From a virus, in IMG/VR virus record IMGVR_UViG_3300049847_000663, positions 15,821 through 79,820 of that record: a DNA stretch of 64,000 nucleotides; one strand, written 5' to 3'. The translations under genes and the position numbers were made by a program. Positions 40,314-50,246 of this stretch are shown here, piece after piece; the stretch's first letter is position 1; every line of letters starts with the position of its first letter. The notes beneath the pieces are model-generated. The model saw only the letters and a list, made by a program, of their open reading frames with translations, had not been told where the DNA came from and did not search any database.

Positions 40314-40670
40314 GTGAAAGTTATAAAATCAAATAATATAACAGTTTTTGATATAGATGACACACTTTTAATGCATATTGATCGTAGAGTTCGTACTAAA
40401 GATAAAATAGAAATTGAGTACGGAGATGAAAAAATCTATTTGACTCCCCATAAATTTCACGTTACATTTTTAAAACATTGTCATAAACGTGGCGATTTTG
40501 TTGTTATTTGGTCTAAGAATGGTCATCAATACGCCGAACAAGTAGTTAAAAAGCTTAACTTAAGTAAATATGTTCATTTAATTATGAGTAAACCAAGTCG
40601 TCACGTTGATGATAAAAAAGATTTAAGTTCTATCGTTGGTGATTGTATCTATTTACCTTTTGAGGAGTAA
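40314..40670 (+). CDS. HAD-superfamily phosphatase-like protein
   Basis: Motifs VFDIDDTL, VIWS, SKP and VDD. Confidence 0.8.
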   Translation: MKVIKSNNITVFDIDDTLLMHIDRRVRTKDKIEIEYGDEKIYLTPHKFHVTFLKHCHKRGDFVVIWSKNGHQYAEQVVKKLNLSKYVHLIMSKPSRHVDDKKDLSSIVGDCIYLPFEE

Positions 40671-40675
40671 CAGCA

Positions 40676-43483
40676 ATGAATGCATCAAATATGCTACTTA
40701 GCGCAATTGTAGCTTTTAGAACTTACGCGAAATTTGTTCCACATTTAGGCCGAAGAGAATCATTAGCGGAATCTATTAATAGAAACATGAACATGCATCT
40801 AGATAGATTTCCTAAACTATCTAGTGATATTACTAAAGCATACAATTATGTTCATAATCTTAAAGTAATGCCTTCAATGCGAGCTTTACAGTTTTCGGGC
40901 GAAGCAATTTTAAAGAATCACGCAAGACAATATAACTGTTCATTTACGAATATTGATAATGTGAGAGTTTTTGGTGAAATTCTATATTTACTTCTTTCTG
41001 GTGTTGGAGTTGGTTTTTCAGTTCAAAAACATCACACTAGAAATTTACCAAAATTAAAACAACCAAAAGAAAATGGATTTTTTTCAGTTCAAGATTCTAT
41101 AATGGGTTGGGCTCAGTCTATCGATTTATTAATGGAAGCTTATTTTTATGGAAGAGTAAAGCCGCGTTTTGATTTTGGTGATATTAGACCAAAAGGTAGT
41201 TATTTAGTTACAACGGGCGCAAAAGCTCCAGGACCTGAACCTCTAAAAAAAATGTTAGAAATGGTTGAAGAAAAATTAAAAAATGCTATCGGTAGGCAAT
41301 TAAGACCTATAGAATTACACGACATTATTTGTATAATTTCCGATGCTGTATTGGCTGGAGGTATAAGAAGAGCTGCGTTAATTTCTCTATTTGATCGAGA
41401 CGATACCGAAATGCTTAAAAGTAAATCAGGTGAGTGGTGGAATAATTTTCCATGGAGAGCGAGAGCTAATAACAGCGCGGTTCTTCCAAGAAACGAAGTC
41501 TCCAAAGATGAATTTTTTGAAATATTTAAAATTTGTAAAGAATCAGGAAGCGGAGAGCCGGGTTTTAGTTGGAGTAATAACACTGATTGGGGATTCAATC
41601 CGTGCGTTACTGGCGAAACAGAAATCTTAACTTCGGAAGGTTATCAAAGAATTGACGAATTAGTAGATCAACCTACTAAAATATGGAACGGTTTTGAGTG
41701 GAGTGAAGTGACGCCAAAAATTACAGGTTATAATCAAGAAATCCTCACAATTAACTTTTCTGATGGAAGAACTCTAAACTGCACTCCTTATCATAAATTT
41801 CATATTTCTATTGATTATCGCGGAGGAACTAAAATAGTAGAAGCTAAAGATTTAGAGCCCGGAATGAAGTTAATTAAACACGAGTTTCCGATAATGGATA
41901 CCATGTTAGAATTAGAAGACGCTTATACCAACGGATTTGTTTCAGCTGAAGGTATGGAATTAAATAAAACTTTATATGTTTATAAACCGAAAGAAATGTG
42001 CTTAGAAAGAATACAAAATAAAAAATTAGTAAAATGGGAAGAAAACAATAATAGATATAGAGTTATTTTAAATAAAACTCCATTATCTAAAAATTTTGTA
42101 CCACTTGATTATAGCGTAAATTCTAAACTGGAATGGTTATCTGGTTTGTTTGATGGTGACGGAACTGAATTAAAAGAAGGCGGATTACAATTAGTTTCGA
42201 TTAATCGAGATTTTCTAACAAATTTACAAAAATTATTATCAACTTTAGGTATCCAGTGTAAAGTATTATTTGCAAATAAAGCGGGAATGAGATTAATGCC
42301 CGATGGTAAAGGTGGTAGCGCTTTTTTTCAATGTCAAAATGCGTATAGAATTTGTATTGGTGCTAAACAAATGCAAAATTTAAAATCTCTAGGATTAAAG
42401 TGCGAAAGAATGAGTTTTGAAAAAACGCCACAAAGAGACGCATCTCAGTTCGTTTCTGTTGTTGATATCACAGAAAATGGATTTGCTGAAAAAGTATATT
42501 GTTTTAATGAGCCTAAACGCCATATGGGTATTTTTAATGGAGTATTGACTGGTCAATGTCATGAAATTGCACTGAATTCAAATCAATTTTGTAATTTAAC
42601 AACAATTAATCAAACTGACATAAAAAGCGAAAAAGATTTTTTAAATCGAGTTTATCAAGCAGCTTTACTTGGTACTTTACAAGCCAGCTATACTAATTTT
42701 GATTATCTCCGTCCATCTTGGCAGATTACAACAGAAAGAGAATCTCTCTTGGGTGTTAGTTTTACAGGAATAGCGGATAGTAAATCTATGATTAATGCTG
42801 AAATGCTTAAGAAAGCCAGTCAATTAGTTTTAGATGTAAATGAAAAATATTCTAAAAAAATTGGTATTAATTTAGCGGCTAGAACAACCACGATTAAACC
42901 CGAAGGTACGTCTAGTTGCGTTCTAGGTAGTTCAAGTGGAATTCACGCTAGACACGCGCAACACTATATTAGAAGAATTAGAATGAATAAAGATGACAGT
43001 CTCGCTGTCTATTTAAAAAACACAATCCCAAGTCTAGTTGAAGATGATATTTTTAGCTCAACTGGTGTTGTAGTGAGTATCCCACAAGAAAGTCCAAATG
43101 GTGCTATTTTAAGAGAAAACGAAACCGCTCTTTCTTTGTTTAATAGAACTCTTTATTACAGTAGAAATTGGGTGAATCCGGGACATAGATATGGCGATAA
43201 CAAACACAACGTTTCTGTTACCATTTCCGTAAAAGATAATGAGTGGGAAGATTTACGTAATCAAATGTGGGAAAATAGAGATCTTTATTCAGGAATCAGT
43301 TTGTTGCCTTATGACGGCGGAAATTATCAACAGGCACCTTTTGAAGAGTGTTCTAAAGAAAAATATGAAGAAATGAGTAAGCAGGTAAAAGATATAGATT
43401 TAAAACAAGTTAAAGAAGAAACAGACAATACAGCCAGAGTAAAAACTGTTGCTTGTAGCGGTGGAGCTTGTGAGATTGTATGA
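40676..43483 (+). CDS. nrdJ: Class II (B12-dependent) ribonucleotide reductase with intein
   Basis: Motifs YNCSF, GGIRRAALI, NP|CHEI, TTIKPEGT and C-terminal ACSGGACEI; no small subunit gene nearby. Confidence 0.9.
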   Translation: MNASNMLLSAIVAFRTYAKFVPHLGRRESLAESINRNMNMHLDRFPKLSSDITKAYNYVHNLKVMPSMRALQFSGEAILKNHARQYNCSFTNIDNVRVFGEILYLLLSGVGVGFSVQKHHTRNLPKLKQPKENGFFSVQDSIMGWAQSIDLLMEAYFYGRVKPRFDFGDIRPKGSYLVTTGAKAPGPEPLKKMLEMVEEKLKNAIGRQLRPIELHDIICIISDAVLAGGIRRAALISLFDRDDTEMLKSKSGEWWNNFPWRARANNSAVLPRNEVSKDEFFEIFKICKESGSGEPGFSWSNNTDWGFNPCVTGETEILTSEGYQRIDELVDQPTKIWNGFEWSEVTPKITGYNQEILTINFSDGRTLNCTPYHKFHISIDYRGGTKIVEAKDLEPGMKLIKHEFPIMDTMLELEDAYTNGFVSAEGMELNKTLYVYKPKEMCLERIQNKKLVKWEENNNRYRVILNKTPLSKNFVPLDYSVNSKLEWLSGLFDGDGTELKEGGLQLVSINRDFLTNLQKLLSTLGIQCKVLFANKAGMRLMPDGKGGSAFFQCQNAYRICIGAKQMQNLKSLGLKCERMSFEKTPQRDASQFVSVVDITENGFAEKVYCFNEPKRHMGIFNGVLTGQCHEIALNSNQFCNLTTINQTDIKSEKDFLNRVYQAALLGTLQASYTNFDYLRPSWQITTERESLLGVSFTGIADSKSMINAEMLKKASQLVLDVNEKYSKKIGINLAARTTTIKPEGTSSCVLGSSSGIHARHAQHYIRRIRMNKDDSLAVYLKNTIPSLVEDDIFSSTGVVVSIPQESPNGAILRENETALSLFNRTLYYSRNWVNPGHRYGDNKHNVSVTISVKDNEWEDLRNQMWENRDLYSGISLLPYDGGNYQQAPFEECSKEKYEEMSKQVKDIDLKQVKEETDNTARVKTVACSGGACEIV
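41603..42556 (+). mobile_element. Intein (318 aa) with LAGLIDADG homing endonuclease and C-terminal Gln
   Basis: Starts CVTGETEILT; block B CTPYHKF; blocks GFVSAEG and WLSGLFDGDG; ends FNGVLTGQ|C. Confidence 0.92.
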
Positions 43484-43769
43484 AATTGATTAAATTAATT
43501 TTAATTGGAGCAGTTTCCAGTTTAGCGTCACTTGGTGCAGGTATTGTTTTTGGTTTTCCTGCATGGTTTTCTTGGGCGGTAATTATGTCACAGGTAACAG
43601 TTAGTTTAGAAAAATCACTAATAATTGCTCTAATTACCAATGTAATATGGTATAATATTTGGGTATTAATTTGGCCACAACCTTCATTTTTTGTATTATA
43701 TTTTTTTCTTTGTTCTCCGGCTGTTTTATTAAGTTCAGTTCTAACGCACACTTTTAAGGAAAAATTAAA

Positions 43770-44390
43770 ATGAATGTAAAACTCATATCGATTACTCCAG
43801 AAGCTGAAAAAAATATAATGTATATGGCAAGAGTTTCAAACCCTAAAAATCAAGATAGCGAAAATACTAAACTATTAGATTATTGTATTAAACATGGCCA
43901 TTGGTCTGTTTTTGAAATGGCTCATATGACGGTCGAGATTGTTACAAGTCGAGCTATCGCAGCACAGATCCTAAGACACCGATCATTTTCTTTTCAAGAA
44001 TTTTCCCAACGCTACAGCGAAGCTCAGAACTTTGAAATATACGATGCCCGAAGACAAGATACAAAAAATCGTCAAAATAGTATTGACGATTTGTCAGTAG
44101 AAGAACAAGCCTGGTTTCACGATGCTCAAAGCCAAATTATACTATTAGCAAATGATCTTTATGCAAAAGCCTTAGAGAAACAAATAGCAAAAGAATCGGC
44201 TAGATTTTTATTACCACTATCAACTCAAACTAAGCTATATATGACAGGATCAGTTCGTTCATGGCTTCACTATCTTGATGTTCGTTGCGGTTCGGGAACT
44301 CAGCTCGAACATGTCGAAATAGCTAATGAAATTAAAAAAATATTTATTGAACAATTACCCATTATAGCAAAAGCTAAAGAATATCAATAA
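43770..44390 (+). CDS. thyX: Flavin-dependent thymidylate synthase
   Basis: HWSVFE and the [14 protein letters not shown] signature. Confidence 0.96.
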   Translation: MNVKLISITPEAEKNIMYMARVSNPKNQDSENTKLLDYCIKHGHWSVFEMAHMTVEIVTSRAIAAQILRHRSFSFQEFSQRYSEAQNFEIYDARRQDTKNRQNSIDDLSVEEQAWFHDAQSQIILLANDLYAKALEKQIAKESARFLLPLSTQTKLYMTGSVRSWLHYLDVRCGSGTQLEHVEIANEIKKIFIEQLPIIAKAKEYQ

Positions 44391-44414
44391 CTTATAAAAT
44401 AATTGAATAAATAT

Positions 44415-44443
44415 TTGACATTACTTTAAATATAAGTTAAGGT
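44415..44443 (+). promoter_or_regulatory. sigma-70-type promoter
   Basis: TTGACA-N17-TAAGGT. Confidence 0.6.
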
Positions 44444-44653
44444 AAAAGTTATGAAATTAATTTGTTTAATTGAAATTGTTTTTAGCCTAGGAAATGTTAA
44501 TTTCGTTCAAAAAGAACAAGTTGAAGGTGTTTTATTAAAGAACGATTTGACTAGTGAATATTATCTTGTTGATTTCTCAAAAGAAGCTAAAGATAAACAA
44601 TATATAGGCGATTATTCTAAAAAATTAGTAAAAAAAGAAAATTGTGTTGAATT

Positions 44654-45103
44654 ATGAAATTTAAAAAGCTTCATGAAAACGCTAAGCTCCCAACTCAGGC
44701 AACTACTGGATCTGCGGGCTACGACATTTATGCCGTAAAAGAAGAGTTCGTTGCTTCTCCTACAGGACCCATCTGGGAGTATGAAACTGGATTGGCAGTA
44801 GAGATCCCTAAAGGCTTTGTTGGTCTTTTATGTGCTCGAAGTAGTGTTACTAAAAAAACTACTCTAAGTTTAGGTAATTGCGTTGGAATCATCGACAGCG
44901 ATTATCGCGGAGAAATGAAGTTTCAGTTTAGAGATATAAAAAGCATGGGCGCTCCAACTAAGCGATTTGATTTAACTCAAGCCATTGGTCAACTAGTTGT
45001 AGTTCCTTATCACTCGTCTCCAGCGGAGTTTGTTGATAATTTAAGCGAAACAACTCGCGGTAGTGGCGGATTTGGTAGTACCGATGTTAAGGATAAAAAA
45101 TGA
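44654..45103 (+). CDS. dut: Trimeric dUTPase
   Basis: Motifs AGYDI, ARSS, GIIDSDYRGE and RGSGGFGST. Confidence 0.96.
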   Translation: MKFKKLHENAKLPTQATTGSAGYDIYAVKEEFVASPTGPIWEYETGLAVEIPKGFVGLLCARSSVTKKTTLSLGNCVGIIDSDYRGEMKFQFRDIKSMGAPTKRFDLTQAIGQLVVVPYHSSPAEFVDNLSETTRGSGGFGSTDVKDKK

Positions 45104-45805
45104 AAACTATTATTATCAGTGCTATTGTTTTTAGTTTAGGTTTATACTCAGGTATTTACATAGCTAATGCACCAAAGAAAACTACTAAAATTGAAGTCGG
45201 AGATTGTGCTAAAATGAAAACTAGCACTATCCCATTTGCTTATTTAGTTACGGCTATAAATGGAACTGATGCTGAATTAGAAATGGCACCCGGACTATTA
45301 ATGATTTATCCGATTGATCAATTAGAAAAAACAGATTGTCCAAAATAAAGGAAAAAATGACACATTTACAATTAGATCAAATGTATTCTTCACTTTTTAG
45401 CGATGAAGTTATAAAAAATTATACACCATTCACGTTTGATATTACAAAACTAAATCCAACATTAGAGCCTAAAAACGTAGACGCGTTTATGTTAAACGAT
45501 TGTATTGTTGGATTATTGAAATCGAATGAAAGTTTAAGTCTGGTTGATTACAGTATAGAAAATTGCGGACTTATTATTAGAGCAAGAGTTAGTTATTTTT
45601 TAGCTAATGATGCTTTAAAAAACTATAATCAAGGTTGTATTATTTTTGGTACTATAATTAATGGAATGTTATTAAAAGCGGAACGATATAAAGATAAGCA
45701 AAATCAACAATTTAAATCGGTGACGTTTAAATCACCGAATGGATCAATTTTTAGAGAATTAGAAAGTACAAATGCATATGAGATCCGACTTTACGTGAAA
45801 TTTTA

Positions 45806-46318
45806 ATGGTAAAAAAAGTTAACTACCTTGGTATTAATCATGAACTAGTTCCTAAGCATTTCAAAGGAAATCCTAAGTTCATTAATTATTTTAATATTAA
45901 TGGGATAGTTACTGCCGTTTATTTAAATAGTGATAAATTAGCTAAAAAATTATATGACTATAAGAAGTACATGCTTCTTTATAAGCAAGACGATAAGTTT
46001 ATGGTTTCTGGACTCGATAAACTTAATCATATAGTAAATGCCGTTAAATGTGATCTCTGTGGTGATGTTATTTATTCTTGTTATACACATGATTACAATA
46101 CATGTTCTTGTCTTGAATCTTTTATCGATGGTGGACTTGATTATACTAGATATAACCCAGATAGCGCAAAAATTGGTACTTTAAATTTATTAAATGACAC
46201 ATTTAAGGAATCTAAAATTGGGAAAGATAAAAAACAGCAACAGATCCGAAGTAGAACATCTTCGCGGGGAAATAAGAAAGCTACGAAGCGAAATCAAAAG
46301 AATAAAACAAGAAAATAG
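45806..46318 (+). CDS. Zn-binding hypothetical protein
   Basis: KCDLCGDVIYS...HDYNTCSC...IDGG. Confidence 0.6.
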   Translation: MVKKVNYLGINHELVPKHFKGNPKFINYFNINGIVTAVYLNSDKLAKKLYDYKKYMLLYKQDDKFMVSGLDKLNHIVNAVKCDLCGDVIYSCYTHDYNTCSCLESFIDGGLDYTRYNPDSAKIGTLNLLNDTFKESKIGKDKKQQQIRSRTSSRGNKKATKRNQKNKTRK

Positions 46319-46507
46319 ATCTTTATCAAAAAAGTCTCATTTTTACGAAAATATAGTTGATGACGTTGCGGAAGAAATAGACATGGCCCCTGAGATTTGC
46401 GAGAATTGCGGGAAAGGTCACATTGTCGTAATAGAACTTCCCCACTTGAATATTGAAACTTGCGATCTTTGTGAAAATCGACAAACAGTTAAGAAAAGAA
46501 AAAAGTA

Positions 46508-46846
46508 ATGGAACCTAAAAAATTCCAATCTTGGTTAAAGGCGCATCTTAGAACAGCTTCCAAGTATTGGCCAGAAAAGACTAAAGTTTATCATCGAGTC
46601 AAACAAGGTCGAGGTGAATATAAATGCGAAGCTTGTGGGATTGTTCTCCCTCAAAAACAGTTACAAATTGATCACATTGAACCTGTAATTGATATAACCG
46701 GCTTTCATGACTGGAATACTTATATTGAGAGATTGTTTTGTGATTCTAGTAAGTTACAAGCTTTATGTAAACCGTGTCATATGAATAAAAGTCGAATTGA
46801 GAATGAAAAAAGAAGATTATTTAAAACAAATAAGAAAAAACGTTGA
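46508..46846 (+). CDS. HNH endonuclease
   Basis: CEAC...IDHIEPV...LQALCKPCH..K. Confidence 0.88.
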   Translation: MEPKKFQSWLKAHLRTASKYWPEKTKVYHRVKQGRGEYKCEACGIVLPQKQLQIDHIEPVIDITGFHDWNTYIERLFCDSSKLQALCKPCHMNKSRIENEKRRLFKTNKKKR

Positions 46847-46871
46847 CAAAACTGTATAAATAATATACAGT
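46843..46871 (+). promoter_or_regulatory. sigma-70-type promoter
   Basis: TTGACA-N17-TACAGT before an AGGAG RBS. Confidence 0.7.
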
Positions 46872-47237
46872 AATTGTAAAGTAATTAGACAGGAGAAAAA
46901 ATGTCAAATGACGTAACATATACCGATGACCTAACCCTCGACTTTCCCGATGCGGAAGAAGTTCGAAATGAAACAACACCTAAAGAAGTTATTTATCGAA
47001 ATAAAAAGCGCACGTTTCTTGCAAGCCTTGGAAGTGACATTTTAAATCGAGCCCGCACTCAAGGTATTTTCGATCATTCAGCAACATTAACTGCTAATTT
47101 TTTAGGGTTAACTTCAGAAGATCAAGAACGAATGATTAATGAAGTTATTGCAGTTGTACAAAATAATGGATTTAAAATTGAAGTTACGAAAAACGAAGAT
47201 GGTTCACGTTTAGTTAAAGTTGACTGGAGTAAAACTG

Positions 47238-48065
47238 ATGTTTCTAATTAATTTAATTCTTATTACATTTTCTTTCGCTTCAGTAAATCAACCTAAAACA
47301 AATAAAGAGCTTCGAAATGCTGCTGTAATGGTCGTTAATAACGAAATGTCAAGTGGGGGGACTGGCTCTATTTTAAAAAGCGATAATACGGGCTCTTTAA
47401 TTTTAACTAATAAGCACGTTTGCCGTGTTGTTGAAAACGGAGGCTATATTATTCACGAAAGACTTCGCTCAAAAGTTGTTGCTTATAAAGTTTACACAAA
47501 ACACGATCTGTGTATTATTAAAATTAAAAACAATCTAGGTGTTAATTTAAAGCTCGCTGATAAACGACCGGAAATGGCAGATACCAGCGTAGTTTCTGGC
47601 TTTCCCCAGCTTAAACCTAACACGATCACTAGAGGTCACTTTTCCGACCTACTATTAGTTAATGTTATGGTTGGAGAAGATGAATGTACCGAAGAGGAAT
47701 TCCTTACTAATATGTATTGTATTTTTATGGGATTTAAGCCTCGAATCGAAACGTTCAAATCCCAACATACCTCTAATCTAATTCAACCCGGAAATTCCGG
47801 TAGTGCCGTTTTTAATGGCGACGGTGATCTTGCTGGTGTGGTGTTTGCTGGAAGTGGAGATCTTGGATTTGCTTTAATTGTCCCTTATGATTTTGTTGTT
47901 GACTTTGTTAAAAATCAAGAAACATATCCATTTGTTAAGCCTACTTTTAATTTCACAATCATGACTGCATCTAGATCTACCGATGCAATTAAAAATATAT
48001 GTAATTTAATTGATATTGATCTTTGCAAGAAAACCGCATTTAATATGCCTTATATTTCGAGATAA
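47238..48065 (+). CDS. Exported trypsin-like (S1) serine protease
   Basis: Signal peptide; motifs LTNKHV, HDLCII and PGNSGSAV. Confidence 0.88.
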   Translation: MFLINLILITFSFASVNQPKTNKELRNAAVMVVNNEMSSGGTGSILKSDNTGSLILTNKHVCRVVENGGYIIHERLRSKVVAYKVYTKHDLCIIKIKNNLGVNLKLADKRPEMADTSVVSGFPQLKPNTITRGHFSDLLLVNVMVGEDECTEEEFLTNMYCIFMGFKPRIETFKSQHTSNLIQPGNSGSAVFNGDGDLAGVVFAGSGDLGFALIVPYDFVVDFVKNQETYPFVKPTFNFTIMTASRSTDAIKNICNLIDIDLCKKTAFNMPYISR

Positions 48066-48067
48066 TT

Positions 48068-48346
48068 ATGGAATATCTACTTACTGTAGTCGCCACATTA
48101 GTCGCTCTTTATTTTTACCAAACCTCTAAACGAAAAGACGCTGAAGTTAATTCTCTAATTGCAAATACCAAAGGTCAAGATTTACAGCTTAATAAACAAG
48201 AAATTGATGTTAAGAATGAAATTAGCGAAATTGATGAACGTTTAAGTGCAATTAAAAAACAAAGAGAAGAAGCAATTAAAATACAAGATAAAATGACTTT
48301 AATTGAAAAAGCTGAAAAAGCTAATAAGAAATTTGGAGGAAATTAA
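48068..48346 (+). CDS. Membrane-anchored coiled-coil protein (i-spanin-like)
   Basis: N-terminal TM segment followed by a long helical region. Confidence 0.35.
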   Translation: MEYLLTVVATLVALYFYQTSKRKDAEVNSLIANTKGQDLQLNKQEIDVKNEISEIDERLSAIKKQREEAIKIQDKMTLIEKAEKANKKFGGN

Positions 48347-48765
48347 TGATTTTTTTAGTAATCGCGGGTGTAATTACAATGTTGACTGTATTCGTACTTT
48401 CTATGGATAAAAAAGTAGAACTAATAGAAAAAAAATTATCCGAACAAAACCAAGATAAAAAAGAAGATACTAAAGTAGATCTTCCGCATAAAGAGATGAA
48501 GTTATCTCAACGTGCTAAACTAACTAGATCTAAATTTAATAAAAAGAAATAATATGATCATATATAAATTAGTTCTTGAAAAAACAATACAATCTAATAA
48601 TGGCGTTCTAATTAGTTCATACGTTTCTCCTAAAATTGAAACAAAAGTTGAATATTATGCACGCAAAGAAGCCGCTGATATGAAAAAAGCCGAATACGAA
48701 GCTGCCTCTACGTTACTGGGTGAGACAACACTTAGAGCAATAATTACCGAAATTAGAGTTTTTGA

Positions 48766-49194
48766 ATGAAATTGACTGATCGGTTTAATATATTCATTAA
48801 AACTATACTTCTGGTATGTTTATTTGGAATATTTCAAACTGCCCACGCCGATTCCTGCGACAAAGCTGTAGTTCTTCTTAAAAAAGGAGAACCTGCTCCT
48901 TGTGAAGGGTTTTTGTTTAGCCCAGATGCTGAAAAGAAAGCTTCACAAGCTGTTGATGACGCTAAGTATTATAAAGATCTTTCTGAGCTTCTTCACTCGA
49001 GAAATGATCTATTACAAAAGCAATTAGCTATTAATGATGAACGTTTAATGCTTTACATGAAGACCACAGAAGAACTTGCTCAAGAAGTAGTAAGAAAGCA
49101 GCACGAAGACTTCTGGCAAAAAGCCGCTTATTTTGGATTAGGAATTGCTGTTACGGGATTAAGTATTTATGCAGCAGCGCAAGCAATTAAATAA
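48766..49194 (+). CDS. Exported coiled-coil protein with a C-terminal hydrophobic segment (spanin-like candidate)
   Basis: Signal peptide AHA, LKKGEPAPCEGFLF, coiled coil, C-terminal TM. Confidence 0.4.
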   Translation: MKLTDRFNIFIKTILLVCLFGIFQTAHADSCDKAVVLLKKGEPAPCEGFLFSPDAEKKASQAVDDAKYYKDLSELLHSRNDLLQKQLAINDERLMLYMKTTEELAQEVVRKQHEDFWQKAAYFGLGIAVTGLSIYAAAQAIK

Positions 49195-49472
49195 TCTTTC
49201 GGTAGATGATCTACTTAAATTAGTAGAAAATGAAAAAGTCTTTAAAGCGGAAGAAACAGATATTCCGACTTTTGTTAAAAATCATCAATTAAGACCCGGA
49301 AATAAATTTTATTCCAGTCAGTTTCTTTATTTCTTATATTTAAGAGACGGTTTTAAAGAGATATATATTAATAGTTTCACTAAAGCTTTAAGTGCTTTTT
49401 TACCTAAAAAAAGAAAAGCTAAGATACGCGGATTTTCATTAAGAGACATCAAAGAACGGCAAATAGATTTAT

Positions 49473-49961
49473 ATGAGTATAACCAAGAAAAAAAGAAAAA
49501 GACCAAAAGATTCATCATTAAAGTCTGAATATAATTCAAAAATTCGTCAAGAATATTTAGACTATGATTATTTAAATAAATTATCAAAAGAAGAGTATGA
49601 ATGGCTTGCTGCCTTCACCCATGAGTATAATTGTGCTAATTTAAAACACGATTACGATAAGGTCTTTAAACGCAATAAACTGGCCAGAAAAGAACATAAC
49701 GATAGAAACAACTCTAGAAATAGAGATACTTACAGTCAGATTAGAGCTCAAAATAGAATGATTTATCTTCAAGGTGGAGCACCTGAGTTTTTAGATAGCG
49801 TAAACGAACCCGATGCTTTAAATCCAGAAGATTCAATGATTGAATTAATTGATAATAAAAACAATAGTTTTAAATTAGATAAGCTTCAAATGGAATTTAA
49901 GAGAGCCGAAAATACAGCTATAAGAAATAAGCAAAAATCCCAAAAACGCCAGCGGCGATAG
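49473..49961 (+). CDS. Hypothetical basic protein, last gene of the plus-strand arm
   Basis: ORF converging on the late arm. Confidence 0.6.
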   Translation: MSITKKKRKRPKDSSLKSEYNSKIRQEYLDYDYLNKLSKEEYEWLAAFTHEYNCANLKHDYDKVFKRNKLARKEHNDRNNSRNRDTYSQIRAQNRMIYLQGGAPEFLDSVNEPDALNPEDSMIELIDNKNNSFKLDKLQMEFKRAENTAIRNKQKSQKRQRR

Positions 49962-50235
49962 ATACACCCATAGAAATAAATCCTATAAATTTGGCTACCC
50001 CTTCAACCATCGCTACGTGACGAGCAATGGGCTTAATATCTTGTTCTTTAGTTTTTTCAAGAAGACTTTCTAAAGCGTCAGATCTTTTCATATGAATTTT
50101 TAAATTAGATTCTTGTAGTATTAAAACTCGTTCAATACTATCAAATCTTTGATCCGCTTCTTTATGAAAAGAATCAACCATAACGTAAAGAGCGTCAATT
50201 TTTTGAACAACTTCGTCTTTTTGTTTTTTTGTCAT
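49918..50235 (-). CDS. Coiled-coil protein with C-terminal TM (holin/XhlA-like candidate)
   Basis: C-terminal FIGFISMGVSIAAGVFGIFAYFL. Confidence 0.45.
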   Translation of the reverse strand: MTKKQKDEVVQKIDALYVMVDSFHKEADQRFDSIERVLILQESNLKIHMKRSDALESLLEKTKEQDIKPIARHVAMVEGVAKFIGFISMGVSIAAGVFGIFAYFL

Positions 50236-50246
50236 AAAAATCCTTT

